64,000 nt of DNA, from contig CAXXFK010000026.1 of NCBI GenBank assembly GCA_963663965.2, positions 39,887 to 103,886 on the forward strand, read 5' to 3'. Source of the stretch: Sedimentisphaerales bacterium (lineage in GTDB: Bacteria; Planctomycetota; Phycisphaerae; Sedimentisphaerales; SM23-30). The notes beneath the pieces were generated by a model, which was not told the origin of the DNA, made no database searches, and worked only from the letters and a program-made list of their open reading frames with translations. Within the stretch, counting starts at the first letter, position 1; every line of letters starts with the position of its first letter. Of the stretch, positions 62,775 to 64,000 are shown one piece after another. A program made the position numbers and the translations under genes.

Positions 62775-64000
62775 CCCTATTATGAAGAGGCTTTCAACCG
62801 GCCCTGTCTGGTGGAGACGCGGCGGGCGGGTGTGTCGCCGCAGTATCATGTCCTGCTGGGGGAAGACCGGGGTACGGTGGTGGGAGTGGTGGATGGCCGT
62901 ATCGACATTGATGAGGGCGGCCCAGAGTTGGGGATTGATTACGGCCGGGTGATCGAGCGGCTGTATTACAATTCGACCGGCTTGTGCAAGGCGTTTGAGT
63001 ATAATCCGCTTGATGGCGACTATTACCCCAAGATCCGGCCGAATACGCCGTATAATATCGGCATGTCGGATTATTCGCCCTTCGGCTGGTGCGGCATGAT
63101 GCGCGATCCGTTTACCGGATTGTACCATACCCATTTTCGGGAGTTCAGTCCGCTGCACAACCGCTGGCTCAGCGAAGACCCGGCCGGATACGCCGACGGA
63201 TTGAACCTCTACGCTGCTTATATGGGGGTGAATGGGGTGGACCCGCTGGGGTTATTCCTCTCACCATGGTCAGTTGGCGAATATAATAGTAGCACGATAA
63301 CTGGTGAAAAATATGATCATTTTCACTATACGAAAGAATTACTGGACTATTATGAACGAGATGAGAATGCGCAGGAAGAAGTTAAAGATTTTACCCGGGG
63401 TTTCTTTGAGATGTATTTGTTCTATCATGATACATCAACAAATATGATTTCAGCAACAACGGGTATAAATTGTGGTACAACTTATTCTTATGCCTATTCC
63501 AGGGGTGGCTTCATTGATCGGATTTATAATATGGAGCGGGCTTTCCGGGAATCCGGGGATTCTGCGTTCATAAGTTATATGTATGCCGGTAATTATGCTT
63601 GGAAAGAAGTATATGGCATTGTAAACTTTAACAATTCTATTAAACGTGAAAGGATTGTATTTGACTGCAATGGCCGCATGGCAGGTTTGCAGGATTTGTC
63701 CGGATGGGAATCTTTGTTGGAAGCTGGGGCCGGTTCGGTTAAAATGGCTGGAACTACTGCCGCGGGGATGAAAATCGGTAGTATATTTAGGAATAGAATT
63801 AATCAATTTATGATAAGAAATAGAAATGGCTTATGGAGACGTAATGGTCGCCCATTATCAACAGAGTGGGATAATGTAAGGCGTCGCCTAAATCGTCAAA
63901 TCCATGGCAGGCCGACCAATCCCAATATATATGATCCGCATTTTGGAGATATGGTTCCGGCTGAATGGCATCACGGAGTGATAGCTCGTAGATACATTCG
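62775..64000 (+). CDS. Orphan RHS repeat-associated core fragment with C-terminal toxin domain (partial, runs off the window)
   Basis: Open frame from 62760 to the window end: PFGWCGMMRDPFTGLYHTHFREFSPLHNRWLSEDPAGYADGLNLYAAYMGVNGVDPLGL (DPLGL 63240-63254), then a lower-GC tail ending EWHHGVIARRYI; possible GTG start at 62811. Confidence 0.88.

Noticed and set aside
62766..63806. Listed ORFs 62766..63158(-), 63089..63286(+), 63450..63806(-)
   Set aside because: Shadows of the real RHS frame on the + strand

Overview
Bacterial chromosomal window. It is most likely from a planctomycete of class Phycisphaerae (inferred from the dockerin-like 'GDIDGDCWV..DL..LAEQWL' motif, a giant CotH/lamin-tail exoprotein, and Tat-exported sulfatase and oxidoreductase). 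Most of it is ordinary: carbohydrate enzymes (WbsX/GH99-like, GH127, GH27, glycogen debranching enzyme, sulfatase, polyol dehydrogenase, aldolase-SDR), envelope and housekeeping genes (galE, UbiA-type transferase, ROK kinase, TolC, pepD, ispD, rseP, dxr, rhomboid, cmoB), an ECF sigma/anti-sigma unit and two divergent sensor kinases. Features absent from the ORF track include a complete ISL3 with IRs and 8-bp TSD, a 178-bp MITE, a 28-aa rpmH (bL34)-like gene, an IS21 right-end remnant, and an orphan RHS toxin module that runs off the right edge. The most unusual region is 60.7-62.5 kb, a non-coding array with no nearby cas or rRNA gene. It has a strong minus-strand promoter with boxB/boxA-like antitermination signals, a recurring composite motif (25-bp dyad + exactly 18 nt + TTGGSTTCGTTT, also present at 31.5 kb) and about a dozen different 8-10-nt-period micro-repeats, many preceded by AACRGCY. 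Several frameshifts are repaired by removing single bases and are probably sequencing errors.
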